NCBI RefSeq assembly: GCF_009834535.1
Contig: NC_045708.1
Coordinates: forward strand, 18,104,001-18,168,000
Length of the DNA: 64,000 bases
Reading direction: 5' to 3'
Source: Camelus ferus
Taxonomy: Eukaryota
Position 1 is the stretch's first letter; the number at the start of each line of letters is the position of its first letter. Shown piece by piece: positions 12,800 to 27,325 of the stretch. The notes under the pieces are model-generated. The model searched no databases and was not told where the DNA came from. It was given only the letters and a program-made list of their open reading frames with translations. Made by a program: the position numbers and the translations under genes.

Positions 12800-15170
12800 G
12801 AGAGTGGTTGTCTAACTTTTATTATGGAAAAATTCGAACATACACAAAAAAGTAGAATAGCGTAATGAACCTCATGTACCCAGCGCCAGATTTCAACACT
12901 TACCAATATTCTGCCAGCCTTCCTCCCTCTTTTTTGTTTGCTATGCTGCTTGTGGAGTATTGTAAAACATACCCCAAACATCATTTCATTTTATCCAGAA
13001 TACATCAGTGTGCAGTTCTAACTGAAAAAGGCTTTTATTACCACAGGTACTATGTCATCATCACACCTAACAAAAAAAAAAAAACAATTTAATCTATCAG
13101 TTCATATTCAAATTTCCCTGATTGTACCAAAGATGTCTTCTGACAGTTAACTCACTTGAATGAGGATCCAAATAAGGTTTTTGCATTTGGTAAGTGTCTT
13201 GAGTTTTATGCTTTAACATTCTACCATCCTTTTTTATTTCCATGCCATGAATTTGTTGCAGAAATGAGGTCACTTATCCTGTAGAATGTCCCACATTTTG
13301 AGTTTGGCTAATGGTAGTATTTGTTTATGCCCCATATTTCTGGTAAACTGGTAATTAGACCTTGGTTAGATTAGGCTTAGATCCTTTTTTTTCTTTTTTT
13401 CCAAGGCAAGAATATTTCATGGAGCGCACTGTTTTCCCCTTTTAGGGATTTTAAGATTGGTCAATGGGTTCAAGTGCTGTCAGCCTAAGGTCTCCTTTAC
13501 AAAGTTTCCCAACAACTTAAACTCCAGTTGTTTCAGGATCATTTCACGATTATTGCCTAGACTCCTTGTTTCATTAGGTTTTGTAAAACCATGCTTTTCT
13601 AATCCTATCATTCCTTCTGCATTTATTAATTGGAATTCCTCTATAAAAATTTATTTTCTTATCTACTCTTCGGTTACCTGCAATATAACTCATCCAGGAC
13701 AGATATGAAAAAAATTAATTTTCCTCTATGGCTGTTCAGAGTAAATCAGCTGATTCTCTATAAAGCTCTACTGGTAACAAATGTGTTGTTTTCTTTAAGT
13801 ATCATTAATTAATGGATTTTTACATATTTATATGTTGCAATCTATTAAAGTCATTATTTTTCTTTTAATGCTAAAATTGTTCCATCTTTGGTCAGTGAAG
13901 CCCCTTTGTATTGGTTCTTCAGTCATTTTCACATGACTCCTAGAGCCTTTGAAAGCTTCCTTGCTTCCAGGCACAAGATGATCCAACCTCATCTTTCCTG
14001 CTCCAGGTTTGAAACTAGTCATTTATCAAAGGAGCCTTGACTTTCTCTGCTTTTTTTTTTTTTTTTTTAAACTGGAAAATGGTATTTAGAGGCCAAATCT
14101 GTGCACTAGGGGTGTTCATTACTACTAGGGTTGGTCCCTGTGTCTAGGCCTTTTCAGCAGACAGAGCTTGGAAATATGTTTTTTAAGAGAAAAAATATAT
14201 ATTTTATTCATTCTGCTATCTGTCTCAGGTCTAAAATCATACTAGGCTTCTTTAACACTTGTAACTCTTTTTTTTCATAACTTGAGAATCTTGATTCCCA
14301 GTGTCATTAACATAACTAGTTTATTTGCTTTATTCTAAAATATACCAATGATAGCTTCAAAATAGCAACATTAGTATTTGTTACTAACAATATGACTAAT
14401 GAATGCAATTTAATATTTCTTTGCAGTTCTAGTTTGTCCTTAGATTATATGCCATTAGGGAGGTATAGTCAAAATACAGCCACTTGAAATTACTTTCTCT
14501 GTGTAGTTATGCCACTTCATTTGTTTCTATTTGTTTTTAATCTTTATGGAGTATTTTACTCTTTTTATTGAATTTTGTTTTATAAACATTCAACATTTAC
14601 AACGTTCCAAAATAGTAACTATAATCAGGTACATTCATGCAAGTCTCATTTCCATCCCTACCCACTTCATCCCACATAGGAAACAATTTTTAGATTGAGT
14701 TTATTCTTCCATTGCTTAACTTTTAAATATAAGCAATTAATGTATATTTATATCTCCCATTACTTACAGAGAAGATAGTATACTATAAACACCATTATGC
14801 AACTTGTTTATTTCCCTTAACAACATATATGGACATCACTACATACTAGTTTGTTTATCAGTATATATAAGAACTCTTCCACATATCTATTTACAGCTGC
14901 ATAGCACTCCATTTTGTTTATGTACTATAATTTATTCAGCCAGTTCTTCATTGACACAAAAGCAGTTTCCAATCTTTTGCTATAAAAATGCCATAATGAA
15001 TAGCCTTGTGCATACAGTTTTTTGTATTTTAACAATGTATCACTAGGATAGACTCCTGGAAGTCTAGCCATGACCTAGGATTACTGGGTGAAAGAGTAAA
15101 TACACATGTAATCTAGCTATAGATTGCCGAATTTCCTTAATTAGAGTTACATCATTTTGCCTTTCCACCA
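12800..15170 (-). mobile_element. Old L1 (L1M-type) 3' fragments
   Basis: AT-rich, degenerate L1 3'-end phrases in reverse (e.g. tataaaaatgccataatgaatagccttgtgcata, ttgccttcccaccagcaatgtatgacagtg-like); boundaries approximate. Confidence 0.55.
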
Positions 15171-16299
15171 GCAATGTATGACAGTGCTATCCTCAGGTAT
15201 ACTTTGGTACCATATCAGATAGAGGAGGATGAATCACAGACAAGTTTCCTATCTGGGGGAACTCTCAGTCTAACAGAAGGCCTAAGGGCAAACATAATAA
15301 TATAACGTAATCTTCAGGGCAGATTTATTCTGAGGCTTCAGCTTCAGAGTCCCTCACTTACAGTGATCCTTTCCAAGGCCCCAGCAATGTGTTCACAGGT
15401 CCATTTTGTAATCTTTTTCCTAAAGAGGACATCCCTAATTATTTAAACATCTACCTCACAGATGTTAGAGTCAGTTTCATAACTTTGGGGTTATGGGAAT
15501 GGATTTCAAGTTCTGCAATCGGCTCTAGAGGAGGGGTTCCTGTATTTAACGTCTGAGACAGACAAAAGGAAAAGGCTCCTCATGACCAAACGAGATACCC
15601 TTTCCCCTGATTCTGATCAGTTACCCACATACGCAGCTAGCTGTCTACACAAAGCCTCTGTATTTCCCTCTACTTTCAAGGGCAGCAACCAAGCCATGGA
15701 ACATATCAGTAATTCCAGCAGACAGCTCAAGACTGGTACACGACACTCAGGGCAAAAGTCAGAACAGATTACAGAGTAGTGTTGCCGGGACGAAGGGTAG
15801 GAGGAGTGGTTACGCCAGGAGAGTGGGTATTCAAGGCAGGTGACCCCCTACCAAAGACACCTTTCTGTCAAATAAGGCAGAGGTCTACTTCCTCACCTGT
15901 AAAAACAGGGCTAGTAATAAAGCCAGACCTTGTGGGATTTTGTAAGGATTAGGAGACACCATTTAAAGATAACCCAGTCCCCGATTCTCAGGACAAGGTC
16001 CAAAAATGGAGGAGAGAAAATAAAATGGGTAATTGGTTGATCCTTGAGAGTAGTAACAGGGATTCTTTGCACATCATGCTTTATACAGCACTGGGAGGAG
16101 GACCAACCACTTTATTGACAAATAGCAGGTGCTGAATAAATCGTGAAGGAAAGGACATCTGGCGGATGCATACTGATCTGTGTAACTAACTGAATGACCG
16201 ATTGGTCCGGGTCTCTGAGCAACTGACAGTCCTGGGCTGGCTGTCAAGCGAACGCGTCTTTGGATCCGCTGACAGCTGTCGGGTGCCTCTATGACTCAG

Positions 16300-17760
16300 A
16301 CTGACCGTCGGGCCCTGAGAACGGCTGTCCTCCCTGTCAATCCCGGCCCTAGCCGTCTCAAACCTCCGCCTCTCGCCGCGCGCCGGGGGCATCCCGACTC
16401 TCCCCGAGGAGCCTGAGAGTGCAGCGGCACCTTCCTCCCCCTGCCGGGCAGGGCACCCATACTCCCGGCGGCCGGGGCCCTGAACAATGAGGCGCCGGCT
16501 TCTTTAAGGGAGATACCACCGCGCTGGCCGGGCAGGGGACGGCGTCTTCCCAGATGATCGCACCCAGCCCCGCGCCGCCGCCGCCACCGCCGCCGCGGCA
16601 ACTGCACCGCCAGCAAACATGGCTCAGTGACTCTGACAAAAGGTGCAGCCTCCCTCCCGGAGGGCGGACGCCAGGCCTCCCATCTCTGGCCGTGCCTCCC
16701 CGCGGGCCTGCGGTAGAGGCCCGCATCCCGCGAGCATCCCAGGCCCGCGCCGAGGAAGATGCACCAGGCGATCCACCCCAGCGACCCCGCACACCTGCCC
16801 GCAGCTCGGTAGGTCGAGAATGGGGGCGGGGCAGGGGCGGAAGGCCGCGCCGAACGCGCGCACCCCCAGGCCCCGACCTGCTGATGGGGACTACTCCGGG
16901 GCCGCCGGCCTCGCGCGCCCGCTACATTTTCAGGGCGACCGAGCCCCAGGCGTGGAGTGGCCTCCGGCCGCCCGAGCCCGGCCACCCCTACGGGGAGGGA
17001 CACGAGTGGTGCCTTCCAGAGCGCGCACCCCTTCCGCGACTCCCGGCTCCTGAAAGCCATAGGAGCCGGGATGAGGCCAGCGGAGCGCGGGGCGCGCGCC
17101 CAATAGGACTAGCGCTTGGCGTCCCGACTCTCACTACGGAAAGCCGGAGGGGGGCGGGGCCGCGCGGCGTAAGGGGGTGTGTCCGCGCGCACCACGGGGG
17201 CGCGCGCAGGCCTCTGACTGGAGGCCGCTGCGGCGGAGGCGCGAGCTGCCCGATAATGGCGGCCTGCAGAGCCCGTGAGAGGGAGAAGCGGCGGCGGCTA
17301 CCCTGAGGTAAATCTGGCTCCTCGGCCTGGCAGAGAGGCCTTGCTGCAGAGCTGAAGGCTCTGCATGTGCCTCCCGCGCCAGGGGGCCTGTCACAGAGCT
17401 GTCAGCGGAGTCATCCTAAGGAAGGCCCCCTGAGCCTCAGGCCACCGGCCGCAGCTGCGGCCTCCTCGTCTGCCTGTGGCCTCCTCCCCAGGCCCCGGGC
17501 GTCAGCCGCCGGCCCCCGAGGAGTCGGGGCAGTTGCAGGACTGGCTCCTCGGGGTGAAGGGCCTCGGGAGGATCCCCTCCGGGTTTCATCTGGAAGCAGC
17601 CGAGGAGGGGGAGGGCCTGATACTTGTCCAATGAGCGGGGCCCTGAGCCGCCGCGTCCGGCAACACCTCTGCCCAGGACTGGCCCTTCCCGGGCGCCAGC
17701 AGGTGTACGGCCTGGCGGGCCCACGTCCGAGCGCTGGGTTCGCCTGACAGGCACGAGGGC
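16300..17760 (+). promoter_or_regulatory. PDIK1L: CpG-island promoter of PDIK1L
   Basis: Very high GC and CpG density; CCAAT at 17100-17104, GC box GGGGCGGGGC ~17151-17160, YY1-type ATAATGGCGG ~17253-17262. Confidence 0.85.
17230..17307 (+). other. PDIK1L: PDIK1L 5' non-coding exon 1 (5' boundary approximate)
   Basis: Donor GAG|GTAAAT at 17307/17308 at the 3' side of the promoter elements; next exon is the ATG-bearing exon at ~19292. Confidence 0.6.
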
Positions 17761-18880
17761 CCGGGGGTTGCAAGTCGTTAAGTCACCCAGGTTCGCACGG
17801 GACGCATCACCGTGCAGTGTTTTCATTCAAGATCTTATGGATTTCATAAACACCTCTCCTCCACTTTATTCAGGTGTTCTTTGTAGGGCGATATGGGACA
17901 GCTTCAAAGACACGAGCCACTTTAAGATAGGTAGTAATTGGAGATCCACGGAGAACAGGAAAGAATGTCCACTTGCATATTTGGGGCAGAGGATTCTGTG
18001 ACAGGAAATCAGACGCTAGGAAATACAGCAGGAATTCGAAGAGTGGGTGTCCAGTTAGAGGAAGTGGGACTAAGAAGCAGCCTCAGAAACTTTCATTTTC
18101 TTTATTAAATCTATCCTACGGACTTAAAGTAGCTGGTCCCAATTTCTCAGGCTCTGGTGTCGGTACCTTTTTATTCCCCTAACTGTACAATATTAAAAAT
18201 TGTACAATTTCAGGTTACTTTTCTTGCCCATGGTGGCAATCTACAGATGAGAATTTTTTCCCGAAGCTCATTAAAATTTTGACATTCTTCGTAAAGGGAA
18301 GAGGCACGCTTGAGAGTTTCTTGATTCAATACGTGAGCATTTCTATGTAGGGCCTTTGCCCCTGTCTTTAAATGATTCATCAAGTTGAATTCCAAAGAAC
18401 TTAATATGAACTCCAGAGAGCCTCTTAATATGTAGGACAGTTTTTGTTGGCAAAAAAATGACCTAGACCTAAATAGCTATTGTCGAAACAACAGAAAGAT
18501 AACCATATTCTAGGTAACTTACTTTATCTTTAAAGGAACATTTTTCTCCATAAACTTCATCTATTTTGCGAGAAATAAAGAAATAACAACAGCAAAATTA
18601 AAATAAGAACATATACAGTTTGACTGTTTTAAATAATAAAAGCAACTACACATTTTCACTTCTATATGTGATCTGGTTCACTTTTAGTCCCTAAACATAA
18701 GCCAGGTGTTTGTACTTCTAACTGTGTGAGTTTGTTTTTCATTTTGCCATGTTTATGACCTTTTATGTGTGTGTCAGCTTTCAGGAGAAGCTGGAGTTTT
18801 GTTTGTTTTTTCATGATCAGTAAATAAGAGTACTGAATTTTTTTGGTTTTAGCAGTGATGTTTTGAAGCAGTTCATGTAA

Positions 18881-19131
18881 GAGGCAGTATAGTGTAGTGG
18901 TTAAAATTAAGGATGTCAGAGCTAGATGGCCTGGTTTCAAATCCCAGGTCCACTAGTTACTAGCTGTTTGACCTTGGCCATATTGCTTAAACTCTCTGTG
19001 CTTTAGTTTCCTCGACTATAAAATGACCATAATAGTATCTACCTCATCATATTGTTAGGATTAAATGAACTTAATATTATAAAGTGTTTGGAACAGTTCA
19101 TGATACATGGTAAGTACTACATGTTAGCTGC
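18881..19131 (+). mobile_element. MIR SINE, near full length
   Basis: gcagtatagtgtagtggttaa...ggtttcaaatcccagg...gaccttggcca...cttagtttcctc...aggattaaatga; typical MIR head and core. Confidence 0.8.
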
Positions 19132-19308
19132 TTTACTATTATTATTAAAATATTTAGATTTGCCCAAGGCATAGCAAATATTGCTCAAGCACTGCAAACA
19201 GTGAGACAGTTGGCAACTAAATTGTATATAAGAAGGAATACAAGCCAATAGGTATATTAATTTCAACAGAGTACTTTGTTGATTTTTCCNNNNNNNNNNN
19301 NNNNNNNN

Positions 19309-19626
<318 letters not shown>

Positions 19627-22140
19627 TGACCATAGCATTGGTCAGCAGTAAGAGAAATGAGTCAGACGAACTTTACTTTTAAACGCAGGTGTTTATACAG
19701 TTAGGAGTAGATGGGGTCTGCCAAGAATTGAGTAGATGTTTGCTTTAAAGCAAGGTTTTATTTAAACCTGTGATGCAAATACCTAAAAATAACAAAGCCA
19801 CCTGTTATGCCATGATACTTGCCAATCTGCTTAGGAATGGGGCAACATAGGAGCTAGAGAACTGATTGAGACTAGAATCTAATTAGTTCACTTATTTGAA
19901 ATCAGTTTTTTTGGAACTGAAGGCAGAAGAAAGGGAAAAACTCCACAACCAATAGCAGCACCCATAGGTAATTGAACATTTCTTTATGTATCACTGGCTT
20001 GAACATAAGCCTCTGCTTTTTTAGGGGGTTATTTTATTTCTTAACTATGCAGTTCCAGTTAATTTTCATGGAGTGTGTGGCTTAGCACCTGAATGTTATT
20101 AACAGTACTAATAGCTTACTATTTGGGTTCCTACTTGTTCTGTGCTCTGGGCTAAGTGCTTTAAAGGCAGTTGCTCAGAACAATCTTATGAGAAAAATAC
20201 TATTATTATCATCATTACAAATGAAACTGAGGTTTAGAATCGATAATGAATCTATCCAAAATCATATAGCTAGCAAGTGGCAGAATTGGGAGCTAAACAT
20301 CTGACAGCTAAAACTTGTGCTTTCTTAACCTCTAAATTGTTCACTTGCCTCCAAATTACTCTTCTGTAGACCTGGAGAAAGCATTAACATAAGAAAACAG
20401 AAAAGCTTTTTTTTTTTTAGATTGGCTTCTGCCGTAGATCAAAATCTCTAGTAGCTCCATACTTGATAAAGAGAAAAGATACTTAAGACATAGCTAGCTA
20501 AAGGCCAGAGCATAATTTCTTAAGTCCAGTCATTCTTGGAACAGGAAACAACTTTCCATGAGTGTGTCTAAATTCAGAATTCACCATCAGGGTACAAAAG
20601 TCTGTTTTAAAACAACAAATGCTTTTGGACTAGAAACAACAAAGAAAACAAACACATTAATCTGTGTAAGTAGAAACTTGAAAGTTTCATTGAATGGTGA
20701 ACAAATATCAGTCTTGAGAACCTAGTTTATACTGCAAGTTTAGCATGCTATAACCTGAAGTCTTAAGACAGGGACTATAAGACACAACCATTTAGCCTCT
20801 ATTTATTGTTTATTTTTCTACAAGTGCTTATTATGTAACTTGCAAGGATAGGAAATATCAGAAACATTCTTACTATACTCCCTCCTAAAAAGGGATAGAC
20901 CGTTGCTGGACTTTGCATTGAGTTTTAGATACTAAAATGTGTAATCTCTTTCAGATTACACATGCAAGTACATAAACATATGACTTAGTGTTGATGGTAT
21001 TCTTGAGTCCACATCAAGCAACCGTCATGGTAACTAGGCATTAGTTAGCTAATCTTTCAAGACTTTAAGATTTCAAGTACTTTCAGACTTGATTCAGTGA
21101 TTTTTTGTTTTAATCTACAGCCCCTTTTTGTTTAGTAATCTCTTTCATCTTTTTAAAGCCCAGTAGACTTGTGTTTCACCTGTGGTTCTTTTTGCTGGCT
21201 GTATGACCTTGGATAAATAACCCAACTTTTCCCAGCACCTATATCTTCATATGTAAGGAATGATAATTTCTACCTTCCATGGGAGTTGTCTAAATTAAAA
21301 GTGATGCAGATACAATAATTGGCACATAGGAAATAGTCAGTAATAGGTAGCTCTATTAAAAGTTGTCTTTTGTATGGATTTATTTAGTTAACCAGACATT
21401 CATCAACACATTAACAAGTGCCTTCTCTAAATTTACACTAGTAAAGGCAACCAATATTTACATCTAATAAAGACAAATCTGTAGTGTGACCACACAGCCC
21501 CTACACATGGTCTTCTCCATTCTTTTACACGAATTTTTTTTTTCTCCATGTTTTTCTGGATATCTTCCTTGTTCTCATTTGGAATTATTCAGTTAGTTCC
21601 TCATAGCTAAAAACCTCATCTAGAAGAATTGTAAAGCAAAAATTGAAAGAGGACATATCTTATGCATAGGAACTTAGTGGCCAGTCTGTGTACTTGTAAT
21701 AACTTGTCAAGAATGAAAAGTACAGGATGGTATAGGTGCATATAGTAGGGAACCTGTCATAATCCCTAGGTTCAGGAATTATGAACTGTTTCAGCTGAAA
21801 CTTGTGGGGTGAACTGGAGTTAGCCAGGTGAGTCAGTGAGAAAGGTTCCCAGGCAGAAAGAACTGTACATACAAATGTCTAGAAGTAAAAAGCATGAAGC
21901 GTTCTAAGAATTGAAAGAAGATAGTAAGACTGCAGTGTACAGGGAGAGTTGTTTTAGATGAGGATAGAAAGAAGCAGGGATCAGAGCACACAGGGTCCCA
22001 CAGCACATGTTAAACAGCTTAGACTATATCCTAAGAGAACAGGGGAGCTATTAAAGGATTTTAGACAAGAGAACCAATGGCTAACATTCTCTACACTTGA
22101 AAATAAGCAGATTGGGCTGTGTATTTCTGTAGCTCTCAAC

Positions 22141-22298
22141 CAGGGGTCCTCAAACTATGGCCCTCAGCCTGTTTTTGTATAGCCTGGATGCTAAAAATAG
22201 TTTTTACATTTTTTAAGAGAAGAAGAAAAAGAAGAAGAATATGGAAGAGACCTTATGTGACTTGTCAAGCCTAAAATATATACCGTCTGACTTTATTC
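22141..22298 (+). mobile_element. MER58-like hAT-Charlie element
   Basis: caggggtcctcaaactatggccc...ctgtttttgtatagcc...tttttacatttt...agagaccttatgtgac...agcctaaaatat. Confidence 0.65.
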
Positions 22299-23569
22299 TA
22301 AATCATTATTTGAATGATGAGACTCTGCATTGCTCAAAATTATTTAGGAAGTTTGCTTTTGAGAATGAAGACAGAAGAAGAGAAGAAATGAAGAAAGAGT
22401 GATGGTGCTAGTCTTTAATCTCATCATATTAGTAACAGTGCATCTGGTAAAATAATTGTGTGATCCGGACCTTTCTGTTCTTTCTTTTGGTGTCTCAATG
22501 GCAAACAGGCAACAAGGAAAATGCACGCAAAAAAGACATCTGCAAACCATTGCAGTTATGGCTGTTTGCTGTAGGAGGAAGGTGACATGGAGAGGTGTTC
22601 CTTGCCCCTGCCCACCAAAATGACAAAAGAGAATACTAGTAGATATACACTTAAAATTAGCGGTTCACTCCCTCTTCAATAACTCTTCACCTTCCCTACT
22701 GAGTTTCTGTTCAACTCTTGAGTCTGAAAAGGACACCATAGGGCAAATGCTTTCAAAACACTGTATGCCTGTATTTTAGAATGGTAGTTCATGTTCAGTG
22801 AGGTAATTAATACTCTTGAATTTCACATAGTAGGAGAGTTATAATTAGATAATGATACAAATAAAACAGTAGTTTATTCTAGATTTGCAGCTTGTATCAA
22901 AGAAATACTTGTATTCAAATTCAGGTTTGAATTTGTATATCAAAATGCATATATGATTTTTATAAATTGGTTCTGAGAAGCCATTTAGTGATGGAGATAA
23001 CCAACATATTTGTATTTTGCTTGTAGAAGTTTATGAAGTAATGATGTCAGTCTTTATTTTTTATCAGTGACTACAGGAGCACTTTATTTCTGTAACAACT
23101 AGTTGCTCCTTGATCATTTTTCCAGATTATGTTGGTAGCGTATGTGCAATGAGCAAGGAGTAGATTTCAGGCAGTTTCATGGAATAGAATTTCCTAATTG
23201 ATGTTTATACCCCAGCTGGCAGTCTCCCAGGTCTAGCTGCTGAAACTTTGATCTTTTCAGGAAGCTATTAGCTAGATCGTTAGAGTTCAGCTCCATTGAC
23301 ACATGCATGTATAGCCAGTTGGACACTTTTCAAAATAAAGCTATTTTGAAATAAGTTTTTACCTGTCGACTTGGAGATTAGGTGTATTTGTTAGGGGCAG
23401 ATTGACAGTTTGAAGCACTGAAGTTTAAAATAAAATGCACTGACTGAATAAATATTCATGAAATTTCCTTTTAAAATTAGAGACTAACTTAACCAGTAAC
23501 TCTTTCTCTATAGCTGAACTGTATAAACTGAGCAGATTATTACAATATGGTTTTTCTTCCTTCTTATNN

Positions 23570-24310
<741 letters not shown>

Positions 24311-27300
24311 NNNNNATATTATTTGCAAATATCTTGGATGATATGCTGCTTCTGTTTTAACAGTGATGCAACATAATGTGGCTGAAAAAGAATATAAAAA
24401 GCTAAACTCCACCATCTAAGGGTTAAGACTTTATTGTGGGATTTTTTTTTTCTCTCATTTTTCTTAAGTCCAAGCTGGCCATTTTGTTAATACGTTTTAA
24501 ATGTGTATTACCAATGTGGGTGTAAATTTTTTTAAATGGTCATTGGTAGAAGTTTGGCAGGAAAATTCTCTAAGAGCCAAGAAAAGAAGAGAGTCCAGTT
24601 TTCTGGAAATATGTCTCTAAGTATTTTAGACATTCCTTGTCAGTATTAGGAATTTCCATGGAAAAAGAGGTTTGCATGCTGGTAATGCAACCTTTGAAGC
24701 TTTGTAAAGGAAACATATATGTATATATTTATGTATATGTAGGTATGTGAATGTGTGCATTTTGCATTCCATATGAAAAAAATGCCACTTCTGTTTAAAT
24801 TATTTGATGTAGGTTTGGGTTTTTGAGATTTGCTGGTGAAATCAGTGATGAAAAATAAAAGAACCTTCCCTCATCTTCCTACCCTGCCCCTCCCTCTAAT
24901 GAAATCATACTAATTTTTTTATTTTTGTAATATTATACAGCTTTTTTTTAAGGCATAATTTTGGAGAGTCTAAAATTATCTGATTAAACATAAGTAAAAT
25001 TAAGTGATCCAAAGCTGCTGAAGTATGCTTGAGCTCTCCAGTGCCCTATAGCTGCAGGAGTTGAATTAGCCATGCAGTCATGTACTGGCAGGTTGGCAAG
25101 GACATCCATGATTCAGTCATACCTTGTTTAGGTAACCAAGCATGCAATTAACCAATTAAGCCACTGAACTGGGACATGTCTGCACTTGAGCATCTGCAAT
25201 CTCAATCTGTTATAAATCTGGACGCAGGAGTCTTCTGTTTCTGAAAACTTTGCTATATATAACTCTAGTACTTGATACATTAATTTTTTATTTCAAGGCT
25301 TTGTCTAGGCCTCAGCATAAAGTCGAAGAAACCAAATGAGCTCTACCCTCACATTGCCTGCCCGAATGGTCTTTTGTTTAGTCACTGGAATTCCTTTCTT
25401 TTTGGCACTAATGCTGTTTTCTCTTGTCTAATTTGACAGAGTAATGGTAGTGATATAGTTGTATTCAATGTTGATCACCTTTTTCTAAACTGGGAGATGA
25501 TATCTATACAGTTTGGCAAATGGGTAAAATATTGTGGCATCAGTTATATCTTTCAAATAGAAAAGTTATCAATTCTATACAATCACTTGGTATGGTCTTT
25601 GTCAAGAACTAATAGACCATTATTCTTCTTGAAGTCACTTTGATTTTAAACCTATATATAGGTTGTCTACAATTTGTTTTCCTGTAAATGCAGATAGTTC
25701 AAATCTAAAAGAAGAAAGTTTTCCTAAAACAGAACATTAACCTTTAAGGTTGTTAATAGTTTGAGACCATTGTGTATAGGTTAATCTTTATAAAGCACTA
25801 GAATCTTTGGTCAAAAGTAAAAAAACAAAAAAAAAGAATATTGAAATCATTGATAGTCTCCATAGTCTCCTGAGCTTTTTGGAACTTCCACAACTTTTGG
25901 AATATTGCTATCATAAATTTTCCTTATTTAAAATGTGTTAAGGGGACTGTAGAAGGTAAAAAAGCACACAAAAAAAATTGCAGTACATAAAATTTCTGAA
26001 CTATGCATTACTTGGTTTGGAAGTTTAAAATTCAGACTGAAAGATTTTATTTTCAATAAAATCTTTTAAATAAAAAAATATGCTTTTCAACATCACTTTC
26101 AAGCTAATAAATGTAAGAATTCTTTTGGAAATTAGAGATGGAAATATACTGAAATTTCATGATAATTGACCCTGTAGATCAAATTATTATAACATAGATC
26201 TGGCCAAGGAGATTGAGTTACTGGAAATAAAAAGTGTCATTATAATGTCTCTTCAATAACAGCACTTCAGCAGAGGTTCATGATGATTTAGGTGACGGTA
26301 TGCCAATGCTTCATTTGCTCTTTAAATATCTACATGTCATGGTTTCTGAAATACATATTTTTTGTCCAGCTTCATTTAAAATAGTTAATGATTATAATTT
26401 ATTTTGAAAGTTTACCTGTGAAGTAGAATTCTTTCTTTCATTGGCAGTAAGACTGTGAGGTGATCAGGAAGTTTTTTCTGAAATTTTCTCAAGTCCTTGT
26501 GTTCTAAAATAACCTATGATACCAAGCAAAATGATAGTTAAATTCTTTGTCTTTATTTGTTTTTTCAGTTAGGAGGTATTTATTAAGTACCTACTGTGTG
26601 CTCAGCACTAAAGGTCAGTTGATAAAATGACAATTTAAAATGGTGTATAGCCACAGGTCTTTTCCAACCAGGAGTAAGAAATAAAAGATGATTAGTGATA
26701 TTTGGAAATTCCTGGATATTTGCTAGAGGAAAAATTAAAGCAAGAATTTGTGCACAGTGCCTTGCCCATAATAGGTACTCAATAATTAGTCCTCATAGAG
26801 TCTCTTGCCATGGTTTGTAGCATTTTTATGAAATTTGTCTTAATTGAAAAAAGACCAAATATTTCAAATAAGCTTATAGGCANNNNNNNNNNNNNNNNNN
26901 NNNNNNNNNNNNNNNNNNNNNNNNNNNNNNNNNNNNNNNNNNNNNNNNNNNNNNNNNNNNNNNNNNNNNNNNNNNNNNNNNNNNNNNNNNNNNNNNNNNN
27001 NNNNNNNNNNNNNNNNNNNNNNNNNNNNNNNNNNNNNNNNNNNNNNNNNNNNNNTTCTGCTGGTCNNNNNNNNNNNNNNNNNNNNNNNNNNNNNNNNNNN
27101 NNNNNNNNNNNNNNNNNNNNNNNNNNNNNNNNNNNNNNNNNNNNNNNNNNNNNNNNNNNNNNNNNNNNNNNNNNNNNNNNNNNNNNNNNNNNNNNNNNNC
27201 AACTTCTGAAATTTTCTTTTAAAATTGTCAAATATATTTTATGAAGAATTTATAAAAGGGGGAAATGATTGTAATTTATTGTTCATGACTTTTTTTTTTA

Positions 27301-27325
27301 ATAAAGTGAGTTTCAACAAAAACGC
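24311..27325 (+). other. PDIK1L: PDIK1L long AU-rich 3'UTR with several AATAAA signals (24854, 26055, 26069, 26106, 27300)
   Basis: AT-rich sequence continuing from the last coding exon; distal AATAAA at 27300-27305 gives a ~3.7-kb last exon, similar to my recollection of the human orthologue. End approximate. Confidence 0.55.

Noticed and set aside
1-16200. TRIM63 exons, expected upstream of PDIK1L by synteny
   Set aside because: No RING/B-box coding sequence is recognisable; the region is mostly MIR/L1/L2. The gene must lie outside the window.
16296-17826. Long ORFs (254, 250, 144, 136 aa etc.) on both strands
   Set aside because: Stop-poor CpG island; Pro/Arg/Gly/Ala low-complexity translations with no recognisable domain. 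Only the last 16 codons are kept, as a uORF.
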